DNA from: Octopus vulgaris
Lineage: Eukaryota
Assembly (NCBI GenBank): GCA_951406725.2
Contig: OX597827.1
Coordinates: 76,384,001-76,448,000 of the forward strand
DNA length: 64,000 nucleotides
Direction of reading: 5' to 3'
Part shown: positions 22,676-34,865 of the stretch, in pieces
Layout of the letters: every line of letters starts with the position of its first letter
Numbering within the stretch: position 1 is the stretch's first letter
Made by a program: the position numbers and the translations under genes
Notes under the pieces: generated by a model
Told to the model about the DNA's origin: nothing
Databases searched by the model: none
Seen by the model: the letters and a program-made list of their open reading frames with translations, nothing else

Positions 22676-23010
22676 ACCACCACCACCACCTCCACCACCA
22701 ACATCATCATCATCACCACCATTATCACCACCTCTGCCACATCCTCCATCACCACCTCCACCACCACCTCCTCCACCATCGCCGCCACCACCACCATTAT
22801 CACCACCTCTGCCAATTCCTTCACCACCAACATCACCACCACCACCACCACCACCACCACCACCACCATTATCACCACCTCTGCCAATTCCTTCACCACC
22901 AACATCATCACCACCACCACCACCACCACCATTATCACCACCTCTGCCAATTCCTTCACCATCACCATCATCATCACCACTTCCTCCACCATCACCACCA
23001 CCACCACCAC
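22676..23010. repeat. (CAC/CAT)n tract with four copies of an embedded attatcaccacctctgcca core
   Basis: Core occurs at about 22721, 22796, 22868 and 22931. Confidence 0.85.
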
Positions 23011-23313
23011 TAGCAGCAGCAAGGCACTAGAAATGGCAGAGAAAATATAGTCCTGGGTCTCCTGTATTGCAGTCAGTATTTAGTCACATCCATCTTGTCT
23101 ACTGCTAAGTTCGACCTCCTGCTTTTCATCCTGACCCGACGCTATAGAATTTGTACCAGTCATATACTGGGCTTCATTCACTTCAGCTCATCTCCCCACC
23201 CCCACTACCAGTTGGTGACTTGATACCAAAATCAGAAAAATATTGTTACATGACAGAGGAGCCCTACATGGCTGTCTCACTTGGACCCACTTTTCCTTTC
23301 ATCCTTCCAGGGC

Positions 23314-24488
23314 TGTGGTTCTCAATCATTTCCTTCCTATGGACCTCTTCGATTCCTATTTCACTTGAATGAACCCTCAGAACCATTCGGTGTTTTCAAA
23401 ATCCTAATATTATGTTTTTATTATTAAATATTATCAGAAATTTTATTTTTTAAAATTATTAAAACATTTTGTGTATTTTAGAAGTCTTGGGTCATCCCAT
23501 AAATAATGCGGTTTTTTCAGTTTCATGAATTAAAAGTCGGAAGGGGATGGGATAAACTACTTGCATCAACTTGCTATGAAAGCAGGTAGTATTTTTACCT
23601 TGTGCTTATTCTTAGTGCAAGTTTTGAAGAGTGCAGTTCAATTTAAGTTATTTTTTTCAAAGCTATAATGGAAGTGACAAAGGAGCATCTTTGGCATATT
23701 TTGATTTATGAGTTCAATAAAGGCAACAATGCAAAGGAAAGTGTGAGGAACATTAATATAGTATATGGGGATCAGACAGTAAGCGTAAGCCAGTGTCAAC
23801 GATGGTTCCAGATATTCTGAGCCGGAAGCTACAACCTAGAAGCTGAGCCTTGTCCTGGAAGATCTGTAGAGCTCGATGAGGACGTCCTGCAAACCGTGGT
23901 GGAATAAAATCTCATCATAACTGTCGAGGAATTAGCAGAGAATCTTGGATTTGGTCATTCAACCATTCATTTAAGTCAGTGCTAGAAGAAAAAACGATCA
24001 TCTTTGGTTTCAAGACAAAAGGTGTTCTTCCATCAGGATAATGCCCAGCCACACACAGTGAGGATGGCATTCCAAAGGCTGAAGCAGTTTGAATGAGAAA
24101 TGATGTCCCACTCACCATATTCGCTGGACATTGCTCCATCTGATTACCATTTAATCTGCCTTCTTCAAAATCATTTGGACAGAAAAAAATATGAATTCTG
24201 TAGAGGAGGTCAGAGCAGTACTGGAGGAGTGTTTTTCATCATGGACTAGTGAATTTTGAAAGAGGGGCCTTGCAAGTCTACCAGATAGATGGAAGAGCAT
24301 TGTGGAAAATGAAGGAAAGTATATTTTAGATTAAAAAAGAATTTTGTTAATCTTAATTTTGAAAAATAAAAGAAGTGTAGAAAAACCGTATTATTTATGG
24401 GAAGACCCAATTTATTGCAGATAAATTTTAACAGCAAATTCTTAAATAGACCCCCAAGGGTCATGTGGACCTTGGTTGAGAACCACTA
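23314..24488. mobile_element. hAT-like MITE hosting a nested mariner
   Basis: Termini ctgtggttctcaatc / ggttgagaaccact; the two flanks join to match the uninterrupted MITE body. Confidence 0.65.
23487..24410 (+). mobile_element. Internally deleted mariner element with pseudogenised transposase
   Basis: ~31-bp TIRs ttgggtcatcccataaataatgcggtttttt / aaaaaccgtattatttatgggaagacccaa; remnants MEVTKEHLWHILIYEFNKG...QRWF, FHQDNAQPH and PYSLDIAPSDYHL, with stops and frameshifts. Confidence 0.9.
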
Positions 24489-24654
24489 CTCCAGGGGGGG
24501 GGGGTTGATTAAATAAATATGATACCGGTCAAATACTGGGGTCTTTATCATTGACTGATCCCACCAACATCATCATCATCATCATCATCACTATCACATG
24601 GAAATGTGATGAAGTTATTATTATAAAAGTCATTATTATAAAATTCGCAAATAT

Positions 24655-25945
24655 GTAGGGTTGGCAGAATCGTTAGAGCGTCAGACAAAATGACTTGTGC
24701 TATTGGTTCTGGCTCCTTTTGTTCTGAGTTCAAATCCTGCTGAGGTCAACTTTGTTCTCTTTATTTTCGGGCTTGATAAAAAGAGACTGCCAGCCAAACG
24801 CTGGGGTTGATATAATCAACTTAATTCTTCCCTTAAAAACTGCTGGCCTTGTGCCAAAATTTGAAACCATTTAAGGCAGCAATCTAGCGGAATTGTTGGT
24901 ACGTTGGAATAAATGCTCAGTAGCATCTCTTCTGGGTCTTTCTGCTGTGAGTTCCAATTCTACCAGGGTTCACTTTGCTTTTCCTTCATTCAGGGTCAAT
25001 AAATTAAAGTACCAGTCACCTACTGGACTCAATGTAATCCACTATCCCCTAAATTGCTGACTTTGTGCCAAAATTAGAAAAAATTTTATTAGTTTTATTA
25101 TTATTAAGGTGGTGAGCTTGCAGAAACGTTAGCACACCGGGCGAAATGCCTAGCAGTATTTCGTCTGCCGTTACGTTCTGAGTTCAAATTCCACCAAGGT
25201 CGACTTCCCCTTTCATCCTTTTGGGGCGATAAATTAAGTACCAGTTATGCACTGGGGTCGATATAATCGACTTAATCCGTCTGTCCTTGTTTGTCCTCTC
25301 TGTGTTTAGCCCCTTGTGGATAGTAAAGAAATGGGTATTTCGTCTGTCATTACGTTCTGAGTTCAAATTCCACCAAGGTCGACTTTGCCTTTCATCCTTT
25401 TGGGGTCAATTAAATAAGTACCATTTACGTACTGGGATTGAAGTAATCAACTTAATCCCTTTGTCTGTCCTTGTTTGTCCCCTTTATGTTTAGCCCCTTG
25501 TGGGCAGTAAAGAAATAAGAGACATTAGCTCACCGGGTGAAATGCTTAGCAGTATTTCATCTGCCGTTACGTTCTGAGTTCAAATTCCACTGAGGTTGAA
25601 TTTACCTTTCATCTTTTTGGGGTTGATAAATTAAGTACCAGTTGAGTGTTGGGTTCGATATAATCGACTAACCCTCTCCCCAAAATTCCAGGCCTTGTGC
25701 CTATAGTAGAAAGGATTATTATTATTAAGGTGGTGAGCTGGCAGAATCGTCAGCACACCGGATGAAATGCTTAGCGGCATTTTGTCTGTCTTCATGTTCC
25801 AAATTGAAATTCTGCCGTGGTCAGCTTTGCCTCTCATCCTCTTGGCATCGATGAAATAAGTACCAGTTACACACTGGGGTTGATGTAATGGACTTGCTCC
25901 CTCCCCCCCCAATTTTCAGGCCTTCTGCCTATAATAATAATAATA
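24655..25945 (+). mobile_element. Chain of about six co-oriented SINE family A copies or fragments
   Basis: Repeated ctgagttc(a/c)aa...ttcatcc...taccag modules with both 3' tail types. Confidence 0.8.
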
Positions 25946-27129
25946 ATTATTTTTTTTTTTTTATTATTATTTGTGTTGTTATCGTATTACTATATCAGAG
26001 AATATCTGTTTTGTTATAATTCCACTGCCAAGACAATCACTTGATCCGTTTGTAAAGACTGGAGCATAGCCACAACATCCTCGGTGCTGTGAAGATGTTT
26101 GGATTTCAAACAATGAGCAACCAATGAAAACATGTGCCCCTCCCCTCCACACATACATACACACACGTGTATAGATTCTTGCTGTTTATTTGAAATGTTG
26201 AGGTTTTGAACGACAGAAAAATAATTGATGAAACGCAAAGAAGCCAAATAAGAAAACCAAAGAACAAGAAGTCGAAAAGAAAATATTAATATATGTATAT
26301 ACAGATGCACACACACATATATATATATATAAGTACATATATATATGTATATACACACAAATGCACACATATATTATACATATATATATATGTGTGTATA
26401 CTTTATGTATATGAATGTAGTATTGTTTAAAATGAAATGAAAACATTTTTTTAATGGAAAATAAGTGAAAATAATAAAGAAAAAATGCAATTGATAATTT
26501 AAATTGAATCGGGGCAAGAGAGCTCTGAAAGAAATGACACCAAAAAGAAAAAAAAAGTCACATTTTTAAACACTTTGAAATCAGAAAATGAAGGGAAGAG
26601 GGATTGCCCCCTCCTGATGCAAAAAATAAAAATAATAATAATAATAAAAACAAACAAACCAAAGACTCAACTGTTTATCCCCCTGGACCCTTCTAATCTC
26701 CATGAATATTGTCTTTATAACAACTGCTGTCATTTTACTTTTTTTTTTTTTTACCATTTTTTCTCCCATCTATTTTTGTCTTTTTTTTTTCTCCTGACCA
26801 TTCACAAAACTTAAAGGATTGCACCATTAACAGACGAAATGAAATGTTTCATTTTTTTTTTAAACCTTTTCTTCCAATGTTTCACCAATTGGACACTTGC
26901 TTTTTTTTTCTTTTTTTCTTCTTTTAAAAGACTCTGAAACTCTTGAGAAGAGAGAAGAACCGAAGAACCATTCTATTCTCACATCCCCTTCCTCGTAGAT
27001 TAGTCTGTTGTCATGTGAACTACTTTATATTCCTCTTGCTTCCTTTATGGTCAGTCACACACACACACACACACACATGTATATGTATTATATATATATA
27101 GCTTATTGACTTTTTGTTGTCTGGCCTTA

Positions 27130-27580
27130 TGGTTTGGACTATACTGAATCTGTTTGTAAATGTTTAAACTGGTTTTAACTGGTTTGGAATGAACTGGTCT
27201 AATGTATGCTGGTTCACACTGATCTAGTCTTGTCTAAATTGATTTGGTCTAATCTTGTCCAACCGACTAAATTAGATCTTGTTTAAGCTGGTTGAAGCTG
27301 ATTCTACCTTGTCTAAACTGACGTGGTCTGATGTCATCTAAACTGGCTAAGGTTGATCTGAATTCTGTCTAAACTGGTTTCATCTGGGCTAGTCTAAACT
27401 GGTTGAGGTTGGGCCAGTCTGGTCTAGTCTAGGCAGACCAGTTTGGTCTGGTTTTGCACTGAAAAATGGTTTTGGAATGGTCTGATTAGGAGAGCTGTGA
27501 ACTGGACTGGACTATTTTAAGAACGATTTAGTTTGCCCTGGTTTGCTGTACTTTAATGATTTTGCTGGTCTGGCATGGTT
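27130..27580. repeat. Degenerate 5/10-bp periodic repeat (CTGGT / CTAAA)
   Basis: Recurrent tctaaactgg, ctggtct and ctggttt words. Confidence 0.55.
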
Positions 27581-27702
27581 GGGAGGTTAATGACACCTGT
27601 GCAACATGCTGTTTATTTGGTTTATATATTTGTATATATGTGTGTGTCTGTGTAGGGTTGTACTGCTTAGCTGTACATACAAGCATAATATATGTGAATG
27701 AA

Positions 27703-27737
<35 letters not shown>

Positions 27738-28588
27738 GGGTGTGTGTGTGTTTATATACATACATTCTATTCTAAAATGGACGTTTTGATGTTTTAAAAT
27801 ATTTTAGAAAGAAAGAAAAATAAACCAAAATAGAATTTTGTAGAAATCTTTTTTTATATAATTTTTATATTTATATTTTATTAATTTTTTTAATCATTGG
27901 ACAGTATTTTTTTATTTAAATTTTTCTTTATATTTAAAAGGTTTTTTTTACATTTGTTCTTTAGTTTTATTTCCAAAAAAAAAAAAAACCATGTTTTCAA
28001 TTGGTGGAACTGTTCCACATTCTTCATTCTGTGGAATCGATGTGTCGGTGTACAAGCAATTGTGTGTATATACTTGTGTATAGACAGATATGTTCTACCA
28101 AAGTTTAGCAAGATTTTCGTTGAACACAGCTGCCAATATAATATCCAAAAATGCATAATACTATACAATGTAATATAGATTTCAAAAACATATCAAAACC
28201 CTCACGAAGAATTCACTGCAGGTCTGTGGAATTGTCTCTGTCTAAACCTTAACATTACATACTATTTCCTGTCTTTCTCCTCCCGCTCTGCCTCTTTCTC
28301 CTCTCTTGTCTTCTCTTCAAACCTTTTCTACCAATGTTGCCATGAGCCAACAATGGAGCCTCCACATGGTCACTCAAGATGCCAGAAATTACAGCTAAAT
28401 CTCCCTCAAATCACATCCTCGGCCACACTCTAAAACTGAATAAATGACAGGTGTGTCATGGCTGGCTGGAACATCTTTGACCATTGGTCTGTTCACTCCA
28501 GGTTGACCTAGGGTCAATCACCACCATCACCACCACCACCACCATCATCACCATCCACTCGTCTTGTATAAAATAATCATTACTATAA

Positions 28589-28624
<36 letters not shown>

Positions 28625-28626
<2 letters not shown>

Positions 28627-29017
28627 GCAAAGTGAATTAGTCGAGTGGGTTACAGCATCAAATTGCTTAGCAGTATTTGTTCTGACTCTTTCACTTTCTG
28701 AGTTCAAATCCTGCTGAGGGCAGCTTTACCTTTCACCCTTTCAGAGTCAATAAAATAAAGTACCAGTCAAGTACTGGGGTCAACGTAATCAACTGACCCT
28801 CCTTCCCACTAAAAAATTGCTGGCTTTGCGCCAAAGTTTGAAACCATTATAATTATTATTGTTGTTCCGCTGAGGTCGACTTTGCCTTTCATCCTTTCAG
28901 GGTCGATAAATTAAGTACCAGTGAAACACTGGGGTCATTGTAATCGACTGATCCCCTCCCTACAAATTTCAGGCCTTGTGCCTATAATAGAAAGGATTAT
29001 TATCATTATTGTTATTT

Positions 29018-29048
<31 letters not shown>

Positions 29049-29665
29049 AAGATGGTGCGAATGGCAGAACTGTTAGCACATTGGAAAAGATATTTCACCG
29101 TACTTCGTCTGACTCTTTACATCAGTGAATCTCAACCGTGGACCTCCCCCAGGGCCTCATGTGGCCCTCAATGGTCCTCCTGCGATAAATATAATAAATT
29201 TTTCTTTAATTGACTTGCATTTTACTTTTCTTTTTTTTTCTTTTTTTCTTTTTTTCTTCTTTTTTTTCTTTCTTTTTTTTTTTTTTTTTTGGTACAGCCC
29301 CCTAAAAAGATCCAGGTTTTGGATCTGGCCCAGGTAGTAAAATGGTTGAGAGCCACTGCTTCATAATCTGAGTTCAAATCATGCTGAGGTCAATCTTGCT
29401 TTCATTCCTCTTTGGTTGATAAAATAATGTACCAGGAAAGTACTGGGGTCCATGGTATCTACTAACCTCTATCCCCTCCAAATCCTGGCTTTATACCTTA
29501 ATGAAAAATCCATCTTTATTATTGAAGATAGAGAAATGGCAGAATCAGGAGAGCATCATACAAACTGCCTTGTTGAATTTTTTCCAGGTCCTTTATGTTC
29601 TAAGTTCAATTCCTGCCAAGGTCAACTGTGCTGGTCATTCTTTTAGGGGTCAATAAAATTATGCA
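28625..29665 (+). mobile_element. SINE family A cluster, one copy interrupted by a MITE
   Basis: B-box ctgagttcaaatc modules at about 28698 and 29368; core module at about 28870. Confidence 0.7.
29123..29358. mobile_element. hAT-like MITE inserted in a SINE A head
   Basis: Termini cagtgaatctcaacc / ggttgagagccactg; degenerate 8-bp flanks ctttacat / cttcataa. Confidence 0.65.
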
Positions 29666-29691
29666 GCAGTCCAATGGTGGGAGTCCATTTT

Positions 29692-30157
29692 GAGCCTTTA
29701 ACATTTAAACTCCCCTGGTCACACACACTCTGTGCCTGTCCGGCATTTGGAGACTAGTTCTGTTTCATGTTGCTATTAGCTACAACCGGACAAAGCCAAG
29801 GCAATCCACTACATACTGTGGACACGGTCCCTAATCCCAGATGCCCTGGATCTCTTCCTCGCCGTTGGGCCAGTTGTGGATAAGTCCAGGTGTGTTGTAA
29901 AGGATTGTGCACCCTTCTCATCACTGGAAACAAATCTTTGCACAGACTTCGGTCCATCCAGCTTAAATATTCTCCCTGATTTACATTCAAACTGTCCAGC
30001 TCTGACCTCTCATACCTATCCTACAATGTCGTTCAAACCATAAACAATCACACCATCAAAGTCCCAAAGCAGCAAGATAATCCATGATTAATCCAAAACA
30101 ATGGGAATAAATAAGGATTACATTTGACAGAATAATCTGAATGCCGAAGGGGGTAAT
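29692..30157. mobile_element. Diverged piggyBac-like MITE carrying a ~240-bp insert
   Basis: Both ends align with the reverse complement of 50187-50408 and with 45139-45245. Confidence 0.5.
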
Positions 30158-30577
30158 CACCCACCCCTCCCCCCTCATTGCACCTCTTTTAGAAATTATT
30201 CCACCCCATCCCGTATATATTTATGACTGTTTACTCTTTCTTCACTTACTCCTCTTCATTGGCCCCTGGGTGGTAGTGAAGTGACATCTGTCCCCACCCC
30301 ACTCCACTTACTCTGTACCAATCATCATCTCATTTGTTCAGAGAACTTCTGCATGATGACTCAGAGCGCTAAAAATAGCAGCCTAAACTCCCTTCAGATC
30401 TCACCTTTTTCTCTTCAAAAAAGATACTGAAGGATATGGCTTTGGGTTCCTTACAAAAGATTGGATGGTCACGGATGGAATTCCTTTGATCAGGGTTGAC
30501 CTAATACTAAATAACAACAGCTCTGGGGCCCCAAGTCAGTTGATTGTGACAATTTAATCCTCTCATTTGTGATGTCT

Positions 30578-30830
30578 GTGTTAAACCCTTAAATTTCTAT
30601 ACACTAGGCCCTGGTGTTAAACCCTTATATTTCTGTACACTGGGCCCTGGTGTTAAACCCTTATATTTCTGTACACTGGGCCCTGGTGTTAAACCCTTAT
30701 ATTTCTGTACACTGGGCCCTGGTGTTAAACCCTTATATTTCTGTAAAATGGTCCCTGGTGTTAAACCCTTATATTTCTGTACACTGGGCCCTGGTGTTAA
30801 ACCCTTATATTTCTATACACTGGGCCCTGG
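30578..30830. repeat. 36-bp minisatellite, 7 copies
   Basis: Unit gtgttaaacccttatatttctgtacactgggccctg, nearly identical copies. Confidence 0.95.
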
Positions 30831-31551
30831 ACCCTAGCCGTAACCAAATAAAGGCTTTGCGGTGTTTGGGAGAGAACAGACACATTGTATTTGTCACAGG
30901 TGAATCTAAAGACCCAGTCTAAGGAATATGATTTGTTAGCAGTCTTCTATGAAAATATGTCCAGACGAGGGAGAAACACTACTTTGCTTGGAAATGGGTG
31001 AGGGTTGATGACAGGAAAAGCATCCAGCCGTAGCACAATCTGTCTCAGTGAATCTCATCTGATCCTTGCAAGCATGGAAAAATGGGCATCAAAGCAATGT
31101 TGATGATGATGATGATGGGTCTAATATTTCAAATTGGAGTAAGGTAAATTACTTGACCTGAGAGGGATGAAAGACAGGATCAACTTGATCCTGCTTGATT
31201 TTAACTCAGAATGATAAATGACAAAACATTCTGACAGCAACTCGTACAGGAAGGGCTGACTGCCTTTAACACTTTTTGAGTAATAATAATAAGAAGAATG
31301 GGTTCAAATTTTAGCACAAAGCCAGCACCCCTGGGGGAGGGGTCTAGTCGATTACCTCAACCCCAGTATTCAACTGGTACTTATATCATCAATCTCCAAA
31401 AGGATGAAAGGTAAGGTCAACCTCGGTGGAATTTGAACTCAGAACATGAAGACAGACAGAATGCAGGTAGGCATATTGCCCAGCGTGCTTACAATCCTGC
31501 CTCCACACTGCCTTGTTGATAATAATGATGACAATAATAATATTTATTATT

Positions 31552-31626
31552 ATTCAGGTCACTTCCTGGAATCGAACTTGGAATCTTGGGGTTTGTAGCC
31601 CGCGTTCTTAACCACTATGCCATATA
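31552..31626 (-). other. tRNA-like (Pol III A/B box) repeat segment, probably not a functional tRNA
   Basis: - strand tggcatagtggttaag...gttcgattcc; near-identical copy at 35036-35110 inside a repeat; (AAT)n-like tail; no convincing acceptor stem. Confidence 0.55.
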
Positions 31627-32146
31627 CTCGTAAAAAAAAATATAATAATAATAATTGTTTCAAATTTTAATGCAAGGTCAGCAGCCTGTGGGGTTAAGCA
31701 ATTACATCAACACCACTACTTGACCAGTACTTGGTTTTTTTCTTTTTGACCCTGAAATGGTGAAAGGCAAAAATTGACCTTGGTGGAATTTGAACTCAGA
31801 ATGTAAAGGGTCAGACAAAATACCACCAGGTATTTTGTCTGATGTGCTAATGATTCGGCTATTTTGCTGTCTTAACAACAACAACAACAACAATAATAAT
31901 AATGATAATGGTTTCGAATTTTGGTGCATGACGAGCAATTAAGGGCGAGGGGGGAGTAAGTTGATTGCATTGGAAACCCCCCCCCCCCATTCCCACTCAG
32001 TTGATATTTATCGAAGTCGACCTTGGCAGAATTTGAACAAATACACACACACACACACACACATATATAACAGATGGACAAAATGCTCCTAAGAATTTTA
32101 TCCAAATTTGCTAATGATTCTACTAGCTCACCACTTTGGTACTACT

Positions 32147-32520
32147 CATTATCATCATTGTTTGACCGTGGTCGAGACAATGGAATTTACCATGCTACGC
32201 CAGACTTCACGGTCCATCATAGCATTACGGAGGTCCTGTTGCTGGATGCCTGTATCCCTGGAGATTACATCAGGGTAGGAGAGTGTGCGCCCTCTGGTAT
32301 TGCGAGTAGATGGCTTCCAGAGGAGAAGAGTAGAAATTACCTCTTTTTCAGCTCTACAACAATGTCCAGCAAACTGGACTCTCCTACCTTTCACAAGAGA
32401 TCACACAGGTGGTAGTTTCCCATATATTTGTACTTTGGTTGGATGACGCTTCCACGAGAGATTTTGAGCTCTCATAAGGAGGCGAGTGTAACTTCCATCC
32501 AACCGCCTCTCAAGCTTCTT
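32147..32520 (-). mobile_element. 5'-truncated RTE-type LINE 3' fragment with TSD
   Basis: Encodes RRVQFAGHCCRA...MMDREVWRSMV, the typical RTE C-terminus; short tgatga-type tail; flanking ctttggtactact at 32134-32146 and 32540-32552. Confidence 0.8.
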
Positions 32521-32889
32521 TGATACTACTCTCAAGCTTCTTTGGTACTACTACTACTACTAATTATAATAATAATAATAATGATAATGGATGTTAAATG
32601 ATGATTTGGGGTTCAGGAAGTAAATGTATTGATTCATCCATTATGCATCATTTCACATTGGATTGGAAGGCTGCTTGTGTCACGTGACGAGTGGTAGATT
32701 CAGGTGACCATTTGGGAAGGGCTCCTTTGGGGTTAGACAATCTCAACCTCTGTATACAGTGGAGTGAACAAAGTACGGACTTAGAGCAGCACTTTGACAC
32801 TGAGCATCATCATCAACAACAACAGCATCATCATCAAGCATAAATATACAGTCACACAGTCATATACACAGGGTCATGGGAGAGCTGAA

Positions 32890-32946
32890 TGCATACATGT
32901 GTGTGTATACATACATACATATATATATATATACATACACACGTAC

Positions 32947-32989
<43 letters not shown>

Positions 32990-33080
32990 CATATATATAT
33001 ATACATATATATATACAGACATATATATATACATATATATATGCATATATATATATATACAGACATATATATATACATAT

Positions 33081-33112
<32 letters not shown>

Positions 33113-33142
33113 GTGTGAGTGTGTGTGTGTATATATGTATAT
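32890..33142. repeat. (TA)n/(CA)n compound microsatellite
   Basis: Direct inspection. Confidence 0.9.
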
Positions 33143-33144
33143 GC

Positions 33145-33402
33145 CAGAGTAGTTTTCAACCAAGGTCCTTATGACCTTTAGGGGTCCATATAAAATCTTA
33201 AAATTAATGTGCAATAAATTTGATTAAACTTTTTTTCTTTTACAATACACAAAATATTTTAGCAATTTTCCTATTAAATTCCTGATAATATATAATTAAA
33301 AAATTTAATAGGAGTTTTTAAGCATTGAATGGCTTGTGGGGTCCATTAGAATAAAATAGGTATTAAAAGGGTCCATAAATAAAATATGGTTGAAAATCAC
33401 TG
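33145..33402. mobile_element. hAT-like MITE, opposite orientation to the 2032 copy
   Basis: Termini gtagttttcaacc / ggttgaaaatcactg; homologous body. Confidence 0.6.
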
Positions 33403-33511
33403 ATATTTATATTTTGAATCAAAACAAGAGATTGAAAAATGTTTGGTATTACTTATTCACCATTACACATGTTTCATTTGCTAATGGGAGTTAACACAAA
33501 ATTGTGCATAT

Positions 33512-33902
33512 AGGTGTAGAAGTGGCTGTGTGGTGAGTAGCTTGCTTACTGGGTTCAGTCCCACTGCGTGGCACCTTGAGCAAGTGTCTTCTGCTATAGC
33601 CTCGGGCCGACCAAAGACTTGTGAGTGGATTTGGTAGACGGAATCTGAAAGAAGCCTGTCCTATATATGTATATATGTATGTGTGTGTATATGTTTGTGT
33701 GTCTGTGTTTGTCCCCCAACATCTCTTGACAACCAATGCTGGTGTGTTTACGTCCTCGTAGCTTACCGGTTCAGCAAAATAGATCGATAGAATTAGTACT
33801 AGGCTTACAAAGAATAAGTACTGGAGTCGATTTGCTCGACTAAAGGTGGTGCTCCAGCATGGCCACAGTCAAATGACTGAAACAAGTAAAAGAGTAAAGA
33901 GT
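33512..33902 (+). mobile_element. Near full-length SINE family B
   Basis: gtggctgtgtggtgag...gggttcagtccc...ccttgagcaagtg, internal microsatellite and 3' ...gactgaaacaagtaaaagag. Confidence 0.8.
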
Positions 33903-34094
33903 ATGAGTATGTTGGAGAAATGTGTACGATATCTCCTATAAGGAATTCTTCAGACAGAGAATCAAGGAATACATTTAGATGGAAGCTTTTATTATAGTCA
34001 GTAATCAGAAGTCGTTTAGATAATTGGAAGGGGAGATTAAAGAGCAAATCTAGTTATATAGAAAAGAGAGAGACTGATGTAATAATATTACATC

Positions 34095-34482
34095 AAGGCG
34101 GTGAGCTGGCAGAAATGTTAGCACGCCGGGCGAAATGCTTAGCAGTATTTTGTTTGCCGTTATGTTCTGAGTTCAAATTCCACCGAGGCTGACTTTGCCT
34201 TTCATCCTTTCGGGGTCAATAAATTAAGTACCAGTTACGCACTGGGGTCGATGTAATCGACTTAATCCCTTTGTCTCCTCTGTGTTTTGCCCCTTGTGGG
34301 TAGTAAAGAAATAGGTATTTCATCTGTCTTTACATTCTGAGTTCAAATTCCACTGAGGTCGACTTTGCTTTTCAATTTTCAGGGTTGATAAATGAAGAAC
34401 CAGTTACATACAGGGGTTGATCTAACTAAAGACCCCACCAAAACAAAATTTCAGTCTTTGTGCCTAGAGTAGAAAAGAATAT
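34095..34482 (+). mobile_element. SINE family A dimer (full copy plus headless copy)
   Basis: aaggcggtgagctggcagaaatgttag head, followed by a second B-box/core module after ...aaagaaataggtattt. Confidence 0.8.
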
Positions 34483-34865
34483 TACATCAATGTTTAATTC
34501 TCTCTCTCTCTCTCTGCAAAAAATGTTTTCCAGAATTTCCAACTCATGCATCCCTCACACTGTTATAATATCTACATAAGGATTTGGAATTCTGAAATAA
34601 GCAGATGTTGGATTTTAACCCAATCTATATAATATGTGTGTGTGTGTGTTTGGATATATATTTGAAAGAGCAAAATATTCGATGCATGTCATGGAGTATT
34701 TTTTTTTCATACATTCACTCGAAGCAATTTGCAATCATTCACTATGCTGAGGTTCATGATTCTTTCAGTCTTGAAGGAAACTTGAAAAATAAGAAATGGG
34801 TAACTCAAGATCAGTGAAAGATTAGTGCCCCAACACAGTTCTATATTTAAGAGATGAGGAATTAT

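Noticed and set aside
30614-30922. ORF with repeated LNPYISVHWALV
   Set aside because: Consequence of a 36-bp (multiple of 3) VNTR with a GTG start.
31552-31626. Functional tRNA gene
   Set aside because: A and B boxes are present, but there is no convincing acceptor stem and a near-identical copy is embedded in a repeat; treated as SINE-type.
32679-32688. Perfect gtcacgtgac E-box palindrome (also tgacgtca at 61373-61380)
   Set aside because: Single short motifs without promoter context are not distinguishable from chance.
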